Origin: Octopus vulgaris | Taxonomy: Eukaryota | Direction of reading: 5' to 3' | Length of the DNA: 64,000 nucleotides | NCBI GenBank assembly: GCA_951406725.2 | Contig: OX597824.1 | Coordinates: 86,614,001-86,678,000, forward strand | Shown: positions 26,405 to 37,173 of the stretch, in pieces | How positions within the stretch are numbered: the stretch's first letter is position 1 | Layout of the letters: the number at the start of each line of letters is the position of its first letter | The notes under the pieces: generated by a model | Database searches by the model: none | The model's input: the letters and a program-made list of their open reading frames with translations, nothing else | Told to the model about the DNA's origin: nothing | Program-made: the position numbers and the translations under genes

Positions 26405-27132
26405 AAGCACCATCCAAACGTTGCTGGTGCCAGTGGCATGTAAAAAGCACTATCCAAACGTGATCAATGCCAGGCCTACCTCACTTGGCTCCTATGCCGG
26501 TGGCACATAAAAAGCACCATCCGAACATGGTTGATGCCAGTGCCCCCTGACTGGCTTCCATGCCAGGCCCACCTGACTGGATCCTGTGCTGGTGGCATGT
26601 AAAAATCACCATCTGAACATGGCCAATGCTAGTACCTGCTGACTGGCTTCTGTGCCAGTGACATGTAAATGCGCTATCGGGACGTGATCAATGCCAGGCG
26701 CACCTGACTGGCTCCTATGCTGGTGGCACGTAAAAACACCATCCAAACGTGGCCAGTGACATGTAAAAAGCACTATCCGAATGTGATCAATGCCAGGCCC
26801 ACTTGACTGGCTCCCATTCCGGTGGCACGTAAGAAGCACCATCTGAAAATGGTCGATGCCTGTGCCCCCTGACTGGCTCCTGTACTGGTGGCATGTAAAA
26901 ACCACTATCTGAACGTGATCAATGCCAGGCCCACCTGACTGGCTCTTGTGCCAGTGGAACGTAAAAAGCTCCCACTACACTCTTGGAGTGGTTGGCATAA
27001 GGAAGGGCATCCAGCTGTAGAAACATTGCCGGATCAGATTGAAGCCTGGTGCAGCCGCTGGCTCTCCAGACCTCAGTCAAACCGTCTAACCCATGCCAAC
27101 ATGGAAAACAGACGTTAAACGATGATGATGAT
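26405..27132 (+). mobile_element. Family B repeat: array of about 60-65-bp units plus a conserved SINE-like 3' module ending in (GAT)n
   Basis: Units GTGCCGGTGGCACGTAAAAAGCACCATCCGAACGTG.., then GGTTGGCRTWAGGAAGGGCATCCAGCTGTAGAAAC..GACGTTAAACGATGATG. Copies at about 5790, 19055, 20212, 23515, 28959, 29558, 31780, 42913, 56800-57310 and 61072. Confidence 0.8.
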
Positions 27133-27166
27133 GAACTTTCTGAATTTCTGTTTTTTTTTTTTACAG

Positions 27167-27244
27167 ACATCTGCCACGTAATTGGAATCGGCTACGATAC
27201 AATCAGCCGGAAAGTATTTACAGAGTTACTTGGCTGCATTCCAG
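27167..27244 (+). CDS. EIF3K: eIF3k exon 6 (YICHVIGIGYDTISRKVFTELLGCIP)
   Basis: Conserved ICHVxGIxY, poly-T acag acceptor, gtattt donor. Confidence 0.96.
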
Positions 27245-28059
27245 GTATTTTAAGTGCTTTTATTTTTATTTTTACTTTTTTTTTTTTTTTGAAAGAATAA
27301 CCTCAAAATGTTGTTCCTTTGAAATATTTCAGAAGCTATTTTCATACAACTTTTAGACATTGCATAACACACACATACACACACAGACACCCATCCATCC
27401 ATCTTACAAGGCTACTCATTATGTTTGCCTTCCATGGTGGCCAGGAACGGATGAGTTATCATGATCTTGGTCAATCAAAGGCTTATGTCTGATTTGTAAA
27501 TTTCACTTTTGTGAGTTTACTGGGTGCATTTTATCATGACACCACTAGAATGGAAACATATTAAAATTCAGCAGTGGCAGCATTGTAAAAAAGCTTGCTT
27601 CCCAACCACATGGTTCCAGGTTCAATTCCACTGAGTGACACCTTGGGCAGATGCCTTTTAGTACAGCTTCAAGCCAACCAAAGCCTTATGAGTGGATTTG
27701 GGAGAGGAAACTGTAAAGAAGTCTGTCGTATATATGTGCGATGTACGTTTGTATCTGTGTTTGTCCCCACCACTGCTTGAAAACTGGTGCTGCTCTGTTT
27801 ACATCTCAGTGACTTAGCAGTTCAGCAAAAGATACTGATAGAATGAGAAGCAGGCTCCAAAAAATATAAATAAATAAGTACTAGCAATAATTAGACCAAA
27901 AAATTCTTCAAGGCGGTGCCTCATTAAGGCCGCAGTCTAATGACTGAAATAAGTAAAAGTTATATAAATATAATATACACTCCTTTTGAGTGTTGGACCT
28001 CACGGAGGCGAGGTGGCTGAGTTCCTTTTGAGCATTGTGCCTCATGGAGAAAAACCAAA

Positions 28060-28605
28060 TCAAATCTTCTGCTGGATTTTACAATTTGTTTAAGAGCCTT
28101 TTAGATCTGATGTAGTGGTTTTCTTTTGCTTTTTCTGACAAACTGACCTTTCCTCATCATATAAGACATATCTGAGGTCTTTGTGGACAACATTTCTGAC
28201 TGTTCCTTCTGACAAATGGAGATTTTTTGCAATTGACCTCATGGACTTTCTGGGATTGTAATCAACGATCTGTTGAACTTGCTGGATAAATTCAGCTGTT
28301 CTGATGATTTCAGAGCATTTAGAATGCTTTTTATGCTTTTCATACTGGTGATACATTTCCATCTTCAGTCTCTAACTCTTTACAAACTTTATAGACGAAA
28401 GATCTGGCAACTTTAAAAAATTCAGATATTTCTAAATCGCTATACTCAGACTTTATAACCACAATAACAGCATGCCTCTTCATTTCTTGAGTAAGCTGAG
28501 GGTCTGCTGTTATTATTATTTTCTGAAACAAAGATTATACACGGTTAGCAAATAATGCAGCAATGACCCAAAAAATGCATGTCCTCAAATACCTTTCGCA
28601 CCCTG
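28060..28605 (-). mobile_element. Decayed Tc1/mariner transposon 5' fragment
   Basis: TA|CAGGGTGCGAAAGG terminus. Frameshifted transposase HTH region (KRHAVIV..EISEFFKVARSFVYKV; NPRKSMRSIAKNLHLSEGTVRNVVHKDLRY). Confidence 0.8.
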
Positions 28606-28782
28606 TATACATGCACACACACACACACACACACACACAAGCAACAGACATATTTTAAAGTTTCAGTATATTTATATATGTGTGATATAGTATTTTTAGT
28701 AGATGCTACACTGTCGTTTATTTATCATCACATCATTGATGAAAGAAAATTAGTGAAACTTTTTTTATGTTTCTCCTTTCAG

Positions 28783-28908
28783 AAATGCAGTTAAATCAAT
28801 GGATAGCTAAATATGGTTGGAAGTTGATTGACAGTGATACCATTTTTATTGCCGTTCAAGAGGAAAACATCAAAACGAAGAACATTAAAGAGACAATAAC
28901 GCTTGAAA
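28783..28908 (+). CDS. EIF3K: eIF3k exon 7 (EMQLNQWIAKYGWKLIDSDTIFIAVQEENIKTKNIKETITLE)
   Basis: Conserved WxxKYGW and QEExIKxKNI, tttcag / gtaagt boundaries. Confidence 0.96.
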
Positions 28909-28958
28909 GTAAGTGGAAGTGAAATTCACATATGTAGTTTTTTTGTTTGTTTTTTTTC

Positions 28959-29446
28959 GGTGGCACATAAAAAGCACCATCCGAACGTGGCCGTTGCCAG
29001 CGCCGCCTCGACTGGCTTCCGTGCTGGTGGCACATAAAAAGCACCATCCGAACGTGGCCGTTGCCAGCGCCGCCTTGGCTGGCTTCCGTGCTGGTGGCAC
29101 ATAAAAAGCACCATCCGAACGTGGCTGTTGCCAGCGCCGCCCCGACTGGCTTCTGTGCTGGTGGCACATAAAAAGCACCATCCGAACGTGGCCGTTGCCA
29201 GCGCCTCCTTGGCTGGCTTCCGTGCCGGTGGTACGTTAAAAGCTCCAACCGATCGTGGCCGATGCCGGACCGCCCTGGCACGTAAAAAGCACCCACTACA
29301 CTCGCGGAGTGGTTGGCGTTAGGAAGGGCATCCAGCTGTAGAAACTCTGCCAGATCAGACTGGAGCCTGGTGCAGCCCCTGGCTTCCCAGACCCTGGTCG
29401 AACCGTCCAACCTGTGCTAGCACGGAAAACGGACGTTAAATGATGA
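28959..29446 (+). mobile_element. Family B repeat with homogeneous 63-bp units
   Basis: Four to five near-identical units followed by the 3' module. Confidence 0.85.
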
Positions 29447-30939
29447 ATTTTATGAATGAGTTATCTGATTAGTTCGAGTCATGCAAAACTAATATTTGAG
29501 CTCAAAATTTTGGTATAAATGTTGAGTTATGTGCCAACTAAAAGAAGAAACTGGTTCATCATCTTCATCGTTTAATGTCCGTTTTCCGTGCTAGCATGGG
29601 TTGGATGGTTCGACCGGGGTCTGGGAAGCCAGGAGGCTGAACCAGGCTCCAGTCTGATCTGGCAGTTGTTTCTACAGCTGGATGCCCTTCCTAACGCCAA
29701 CCACTCCGTGAGTGTAGTGGGTGCTTTTTATGTGCCAGTGGAGGCTGGTAATGGTCACGTTCGGTGCTTTATAAGTGCCACCGGCACGGGGGCTAGAGCA
29801 GGCTGCCAAACGGCCACGAACGGTTGGTGCTTTTTACGTGTCACCGACACGGATGCCAGTCAGGCGGTGCTGATGCTGCAAAATTAAGACATCCAACTGT
29901 CCATTTTCCTTGCCCACTATTCTTGGGTGGGGTTGTGGGGTAGAGTCTTAAAGCACCCCAGGTCCTATCAGAACCAGCTGTCATAACAATTTACAGCCAG
30001 ATTCTTAAGCGTGACCAACTGAGATTATGGCTCTTATCCAGCCATCTCATTCTTGATCTACCCCTATGTCTCCTACTTGTTGGCTCAGCTTGAAGAATTC
30101 CTCTTGCAATCCTTTGCTCTGACATTCTAATGACATGTCTCTAGCTATGACTTTGGAGAAGTAGCAACACATGGTTCTGGGTTCAATCCCACTGTGTGGC
30201 ACCTTGGGAAAATGTCTTCTACTATAGCCTTGGGCCAATCAAAGCCTTGTGAGTGGATTTGATAGACGGAAACTGAAAGAAACCCGTCGTATGTATGCAT
30301 ATATATATATATACATACACACGTGTGTATATGTTTCTGTGTTTGTCCCCCCAACATCGCTTGACAACCGGTGCTGGTGTGTTTACTTCCCCATAACTTA
30401 GCTATTCGGCAAAAGAGACCGATAGAATAAGTACTAGGCTTACAAAGAATAAGTCCCGGGGTCGATTTGCTCGACTAAAGGTGGTGCTCCAGCATGGCCG
30501 CAGTCAAATAACTGAAACAAGTAAAAGAGTAGTTACATATACCCAGGCCTGTTTCCCCCTTTTTTTTAAGGAAGGGGTAGCCACAACAAGACACACACCA
30601 GGCATTCCATTCATTTCCCAGCTCAAAAAGGCAAGCCCTGTCCTATGCTCAGGTGAAGGCATAAAACACAACCCCCAATATCAGCAGCAGGGCCTTGACA
30701 GCATATGCTTACCCCTTTGAGCAACATCAAACTCACTCACCTGTCAACAAACACTCTCCAGGCTTTCCTACCATTTATAAACACTCTTGCCCCTTTTTTA
30801 CTCCAATACCTTTAACCACCAAAGTTTTCCTCTCTCCATCCATCCACACAAACCATATGGAAGCAATCATTTAAAAAGAAAATGTCAATTTTTTGGGGGA
30901 AATTAAAATATTTTTGAGCAGTTGTATACTGTCAACTTA

Positions 30940-31140
30940 ATGTGACAGTCCCATAAAGGGAATCACACGACCACTATTTAGCCCTAGGAAGCATCAACGC
31001 TTCCTGTCGGCTTTGACACATTTCCTGTGTTCTTATGCTTACAAAGGGGAGACAAGCACACCCCAACAGCTAAGCCTGCATCCAGAGACATGTTTCTGAG
31101 GCTTGCTCATCATCAGTCTGGTGTAGCATGGCCTGCTAAA
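30940..31140 (-). mobile_element. Diverged relative of the 56-kb Penelope/retrozyme-like element, in eIF3k intron 7
   Basis: Shares the ordered blocks tttagccc.agga..ggcttt.gacaca..tgtg, taagcctg, hammerhead and ggcctgct with 55930-56115. Confidence 0.7.
31082..31121 (-). ncRNA. Minimal type I hammerhead ribozyme, canonical core
   Basis: Minus strand reads ccaga CUGAUGA ugag caagc cuca GAAA caug UC ucugg: stem I 5 bp, stem II 4 bp, palindromic stem III (ACAUGU), GUC site. Confidence 0.85.
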
Positions 31141-31265
31141 ATATCTTTGAATTAAAAAAAACTTTTTTTGTTATTTAATCCTAAATTTCTGGAAATAAAT
31201 ATAAAAATACAATTCTAATTCTTTATTTTGTTTGATTTGTTTTCTTTTTTTTCTTTTTCTTGTAG

Positions 31266-31330
31266 ATGTTGCTGCCATCATGACAATGGCTTCAAAAGGA
31301 CAGCTGGTGCCTCCTGTGGCCCCTCAATGA
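31266..31330 (+). CDS. EIF3K: eIF3k exon 8, terminal (NVAAIMTMASKGQLVPPVAPQ*)
   Basis: Long polypyrimidine tract with tgtag acceptor. The phase fits and the joined CDS is 696 nt (231 aa). AATAAA occurs at 31348 and 31356. Confidence 0.9.
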
Positions 31331-32640
31331 TTCGTGGGGGGGAAAGAAATAAATGAATAAATTATTCAGATCTGATGTCTTTATTGTATGTGTCATAATT
31401 TTAATGCAAAGCTTTGATTTCATGCAATTGTTTTTGTTTTTTAATTTGGTTGAAATTTTGCTATACTGAAGAAAAATATTGGTTGTCTAGATTTATACTG
31501 GGAGTTTAACCCTGGAATGTACACAACTGAAATGTAGTGGAAGCAACAATCAAGATGAGGATGCCAATCCAACTAACGTAAAACAGCATACATAATATAA
31601 ATCCCTCATCTCAGAAATATATAATTGTAGAAATTTTTTTACAACTGAATTCTTGGCTAGTCTTAACCAAACAGTAGTGAAAGACCTCCTAGTCTTTTCA
31701 GGTTTTTCTTCTGTTAAGACCTGTTGAGGCAAGTGAAATCGAAATCGATCAAAAAATCAATGGAAATTGTAGTTGTGATATCAGTGCCGGTGGCACGTAA
31801 AAAGCACCATCCGAACGTGGCTGTTGCCAGCGTCACCTGGCACCTGTGCCAGTGGAATGTAAAGAGCATCATCCGTACGTGGCTGATGCCAGCGCCGCCT
31901 TAACTGGCTTTTGTACCGGTGGCACGTAAAAAGCACCAACCGATCGTGGCTTTTGCCAGCCTCGCCTGGCACCTGTGCCGGTGGCATGTAAAAAGCACCA
32001 TTCGTACGTGGCGTTGCCAGCTCCGCCTCGACTGGCTTCCGTGCCAGTGGCACATAAAAGGCACCAACTGATCGTGGCCGTTGCCAGCCTCGACTGGCTT
32101 CCATGCGGGTGACACATAAAAAGCACCCACTACACTCACGGAGTGGTTGGCGTTAGGAAGGGCATCCAGCTGTAGAAACACTGCTAGATCAGACTGTAGC
32201 CTATTGCAGCCTCCTGGCTTCCCTGACCCCGGTCGAACTGTCCAACCCATGCTAGCATGGAAAACGGACGTTAAACGATGATGGTGATCATCACCATTTA
32301 ACTCAACCCTGAGTAAGTAGATTTATGATCAAAGGCATTCCAGCTTCGACTACTTTTGTCTCAATTTCTCCTATCCTCTCAAGTTCATTGGGCAGTTAGT
32401 TGATGCTGTTGGTTTCTGTTGGCTGTGGTTTTTTCTGGATCTGGCCGCGTGTTATTAACCTCTCTCTCATGTCAGTTATGGTCTGTGCTGTGTAATTTTC
32501 AGTCCTCTTTCTTTATACCTCTGGTAATGTCCATTTGGAAGTTGTTCTGCTAACTGGAGTATGTGACCTGCTAGATTTAATCTTCATTCTGTGATGATTT
32601 TGCTAATTGGTCTTGTATTGGCTCTCATTAGAATGTCTTA

Positions 32641-33137
32641 CCGTAAATCCTCGAGTATAATACGCAGGGGATTTTTAGGGAGCTGTACCTCTGAAAAACC
32701 TAAACCTTGTGTATAATACGCACCCCTTCTCTAACTTGAGTCAAGGAGGTCTATATAACGTCCTTGGTTTGTAAAAATGTATACGGCAACGTCCTTTATT
32801 ATTATTGTATATATAACATAATGCAAACATGTAGCTTTTTTGTGCATTTTGTTTGCAGAAAATAAAGAAATAACAGTAATAACATTTAATAAATGTTGCT
32901 TATTGCAAGTTATGGATGATTCTTTTATGACTTCATTGCTTTCAGGCTTAGCTTGAGGTATTTTCGTGCCCGACATCACAAAATGCGTCTAAATAAAAAC
33001 ATTGCCGGGCAGCAAATAGAAACTCGGACATTGCTTAGAAAATAATTTTCATTCTTAACCTCATATATAGTACACACTAGCGATTTTGACCTTTAAATTT
33101 TGGGGAAAAAATGCAGATTATACTCGAGGATTTACAG
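32641..33137 (+). mobile_element. Tc1/mariner-superfamily (Tc2/pogo-like) MITE
   Basis: TA|CCGTAAATCCTCGAGTATAAT...ATTATACTCGAGGATTTACAG|TA. Confidence 0.88.
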
Positions 33138-33835
33138 TAATTGGTTTTGTGGTCTTGCCAGTATGCTCTCAGAATTCTTGGATCTTTACAGTACTCTGCT
33201 GTGTCTTACTAACAGAGAAATGTTGGTAGAAGGGGTTACACACAGGGGACAAACGGATTAAGTCGATTATATCGACCCCAGTGCGTAACTGGTACTTAAT
33301 TTATCGACCCCGAAAGGATGAAAGGCAAAGTCGACTTCGGCGGAATTTGAACTCAGAACGTAGCAGCAGACGAAATACCGCTAAGCATTTCGCCCGGCGT
33401 GCTAACGATTCTGCCAGCTCGCCGCCTTAAGATATTTAATAATAACTAGTGAACAAACAATATATAAATAATTCCATGTTTTATTTCAACAATCTTACTT
33501 GGAAGTACATTTTGACAATGATCGTAGTCATATTGAATGACAGAGGGAGGAAAAAAAAATGAAAGTTGAAAACTTGAATAACAATAAGAACAACATAAAA
33601 ATTTTTATAACAGCAAATAAAGAATATGTTTATATTTGTATTTACACATTCTCCTTGGTATTACAATGTGATGAACATCCTCAAAAGTGATAGCTCTAAA
33701 TATAGAAATTGCAGAAAAAGTTTAAAAAAAAAAACAAACAAACCCAGGTCTTTTCAATTTTTAAGAAACAAAATTTAACTATTTAGAATAATATCTGCAC
33801 AAATGTGTGTGTGTGTGGATATACATATATACATA

Positions 33836-34335
33836 TTTTTTTATTGCCCACAAGGGGCTAAACATAGAGGGGACAAACGCAGACAGACGAAGGGATTAAG
33901 TCGATTACATCGACCCCAGTGTTTTCATGGTACTTAATTTATCGACCCCGAAAGGATGAAAGGCAAAGTTCAGACCAGACAGATGTTTCTTTATTGCCCA
34001 CAAGGGGCTAAACATAGAAGGGACCAACAAAGGGATTAAGTCGATTACATCGACCCTAGTGCATAACTGGTACTTTATTTATCGACCCCGAAAGGATGAA
34101 AGGCAAAGTTCAGACCAGACAGATATTTCTTTATTGCCCACAAGGGGCTAAACATAGAAGGGACCAACAAAGGGATTAAGTCGATTACATCGACTCCAGT
34201 GCGTAACTGGTACTTAATTTATCGACCCCGAAAGGGTGAAAGGCCTTGGCGGAATTTGAACTCAGAACGTAACGACAGACGAAATACGGCTACGCATTTC
34301 ACACGGCATGCTAACGTTTCTGCCAGCTCAACGCC
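33836..34335 (-). mobile_element. Family A SINE with tandemly repeated 3' halves
   Basis: Three 3' halves joined by the non-SINE linker gttcagaccagacagat. Confidence 0.8.
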
Positions 34336-36784
34336 TCTAATCTAATAATAATAACTTTAGGATGGAAATTCATAAATCCTTTAATGCATTAAAGGTTTTA
34401 TGAATTTCCATCCAAAAGCTCTTATTATATATACGTTACACTTCTCTTTTACATACTGAGAGGGATTGGGTTGGGTTGGTTTGGTATTGAAGAAATCTTA
34501 AGTGTTTTTATATATGTTTAATTTATAGCTAACATTTCGTTATAGAGATTTGGGGTTAGTGCTTTTCACCCGAGGTTACATGATGGTCTTGTGTTCATCG
34601 ACCAGAAAATATATTGTTAGTATTTAACTGTGTGAAAAAAACAAAGAGAATCCTGTTCAGGACTATGGATATATTCACATATTAAACTTAACTCTTTCGT
34701 TACTGTATTTATTTTGAGATGCTTTGTGTTTCTTTCGATTACTTTGAATATAACAAAGAATTTAGTAAAATAACTTAATTATCATTAAGCTAGAGTTAGG
34801 AACATAAATTGTGACTAAGGTTTAGGTGGAAGTTTTTTTATTCAGAAGACATTTGTACTCAGAGCCAGAGCTGGTTTCAGCCAGGTTGGTAACAAAAGGG
34901 TTAAACGCACCTCTACATTTGGGCAGATGCACATTAGAAGCAATTGGAAGGGTGTGGTTTGAAGGAAATTTAGGCTATTATTTCTAGCATATGGAGTGAC
35001 CACATTGAGGTCTCCTTTTATGTCTTCTGCTGATTCTTAACCCTTTTGTTACCATATTTCTGTTGAGATGCTCTGTGTTTCTTTCAATTAATTTTAAATA
35101 TAAAATAACTTAGTTATCATTAAGCTAGTGTTAGGAACATAAATTGTGACTAAAGTTTGGTGGAAGACTTTAATTCAGAACTTATGTAAACAAAACATTT
35201 GTACTACAGAGCCAGAAGCAGTTTCAGCCGGGTTCGTAACGAAAGGGTTAAACCCCCCTACCAAACCTTGTCCCTACATTTAACTGAGGAATGAGACTTC
35301 GGAACTACAGGTTAGATATTTAATCCTGGGCTTTATTACTGACTGCAACATTAAACAGTTAATTCAAAATATTAAATTTCTGTGATATTTGTTAGATGAA
35401 AATTGAAATAAAATATACCTAATTCAAGGATGACAGAATTTTTTTTATGGATTTCTTTTGTGAAAGATTCAATGGAATACCAATAGCTTTCAAGCAAATA
35501 TTTTGAGGTTCTACAGCAATTGCAGTGGATCGTATTGAGCGTTATCTGTTGGATATGCAATGTTAACAATAAAGATTGAATATCAAGGACACATTCATAG
35601 AGATGGCTTGATTCGGACATTTACCCAAGAACAGGTGATTTACGGTGGAATGAGTAATTGGTAAAGGTGAAATATTTATTTCAAAGACAGACTTTGGAAG
35701 ACCTGCAAATAACTGCCGTATTTGCCAGCATATAAGACACACACCCTATTTTACAAGAATATTTTGTGGGAAAACATTTGGTATGTTTCATCATACACTT
35801 ATTGAAACATTAGGAGTAATAGAAGCAGTGTTGTACCAAATAGCAATCTATATATCCTACTTAACATGGACATAGTAAAACACATTGGTGCCGTGTAAAA
35901 AGCACCCAGTACACTTTGTAAAGTGGTTGGTGTTAGGAAGGGTATCCAGATGTAGAAACCATGCCAAAGTATACAAGGGAGCCTGGTGTGGCCCCTGGAC
36001 TTACCAGCTCCTGTCAAAGTATTGAACCCATGCCAGCATGGAAATAGATACTCTTTTACTTGTTTCAGTCATGTGACTGTGGCCATGCTGGAGCACCGCC
36101 TTTAATCGAGCAAATCGATCCCAGGACTTATTCTATCGGTCTCTTTTGCCGAACCACTAAATTATGGGGATGTAAACACTCCAGCATCGGTTGTCAAGTG
36201 ATGTTGGGGGGACAAACACAGACACACAAATATATACACACACACACATGCATATATATATATATATACGACAGGTTTCTTTCAGATTCTGTCTACCAAA
36301 TCCACTCACAAGGCTTTGGTCGGCCTGACGCTATAGTAGAAGACACTTGCCCAAGGTGCCACGCAGTGGGAATGAACCCGGAACCATGTGGTTGGTAAGC
36401 AAGCTACTTACCACACAGCCACTCCTATATGCCAAGGAAAGAGATATAATGAGATGATGTGACCTCACCACATAACTGCCAACATATTGTAAGCAATTTT
36501 ATAGACTGTTTGTGTTTACAGGCTGTGATAATTTGAATTGTCTTCAATATTTTATTATTTCCAACAATTATTGTGAAAGTACATGGCCAAATGAATAGGG
36601 TGTTGCACTCATGTCTGGCAGATTGTGAGTTCAATTCCCAGACAAGATGGTGTGTTGTGTCCTTGAGCAAAACACTTCATTTCAAGTTGTTCCCCGTGGG
36701 TGGGGCAGTAGCAGAATTATTGGCATATCAGCAGAAATACTCTCCAGTATTTCTTCTGGCTCTCTATTCTCCGAATTCAAATCC

Positions 36785-37173
36785 CACACCCTCGGGGAAG
36801 ACAATGGGAAACCACCCCAGTATTCATCTAGTCATGGATGGCCACAGTTCCAGTAATCTACTTAACGACAGCAGAGGAGTACAGGCCCTCTCGGGTTGTG
36901 CAGAGAGTGCTGGAGAAGGTTACCACGCATGGGACCTGCTCACAGGCAGACCACTGCTTGACTCAAACTTGGCTGATGACGGTCAAGGCTGATCTGGAAC
37001 CCAACCTAGGACCCCATATCTATAGCATTTGCCGCTGGAATAAGGAGTGGCTGGAGATCACGCGGTCGTTAGCCTCAAATCGCCGGGTTTGGTCGGCGTT
37101 TGTGAGATGCAACATTGAGGATGAATGAAGCCAGCTCAACCCACCCCGGGTGAATGCTGTCTCAAGAAGAAGA
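36785..37173 (+). mobile_element. RTE LINE 3' fragment
   Basis: TWLMTVKADLEPNLGPHIYSICRWNKEWLEITRSLASNRRVWSAFVR with a (GAA)n tail. Confidence 0.75.

Noticed and set aside
28959-29280. Repeat-spacer appearance suggesting a CRISPR array
   Set aside because: The variable parts are only about 11 nt and homologous to each other; there are no cas genes; this is a dispersed eukaryotic repeat.
35372-35702. Exon-like minus-strand segment with cag/gt boundaries
   Set aside because: All three frames from the acceptor hit stops and the peptides are unrecognisable; could be non-coding.
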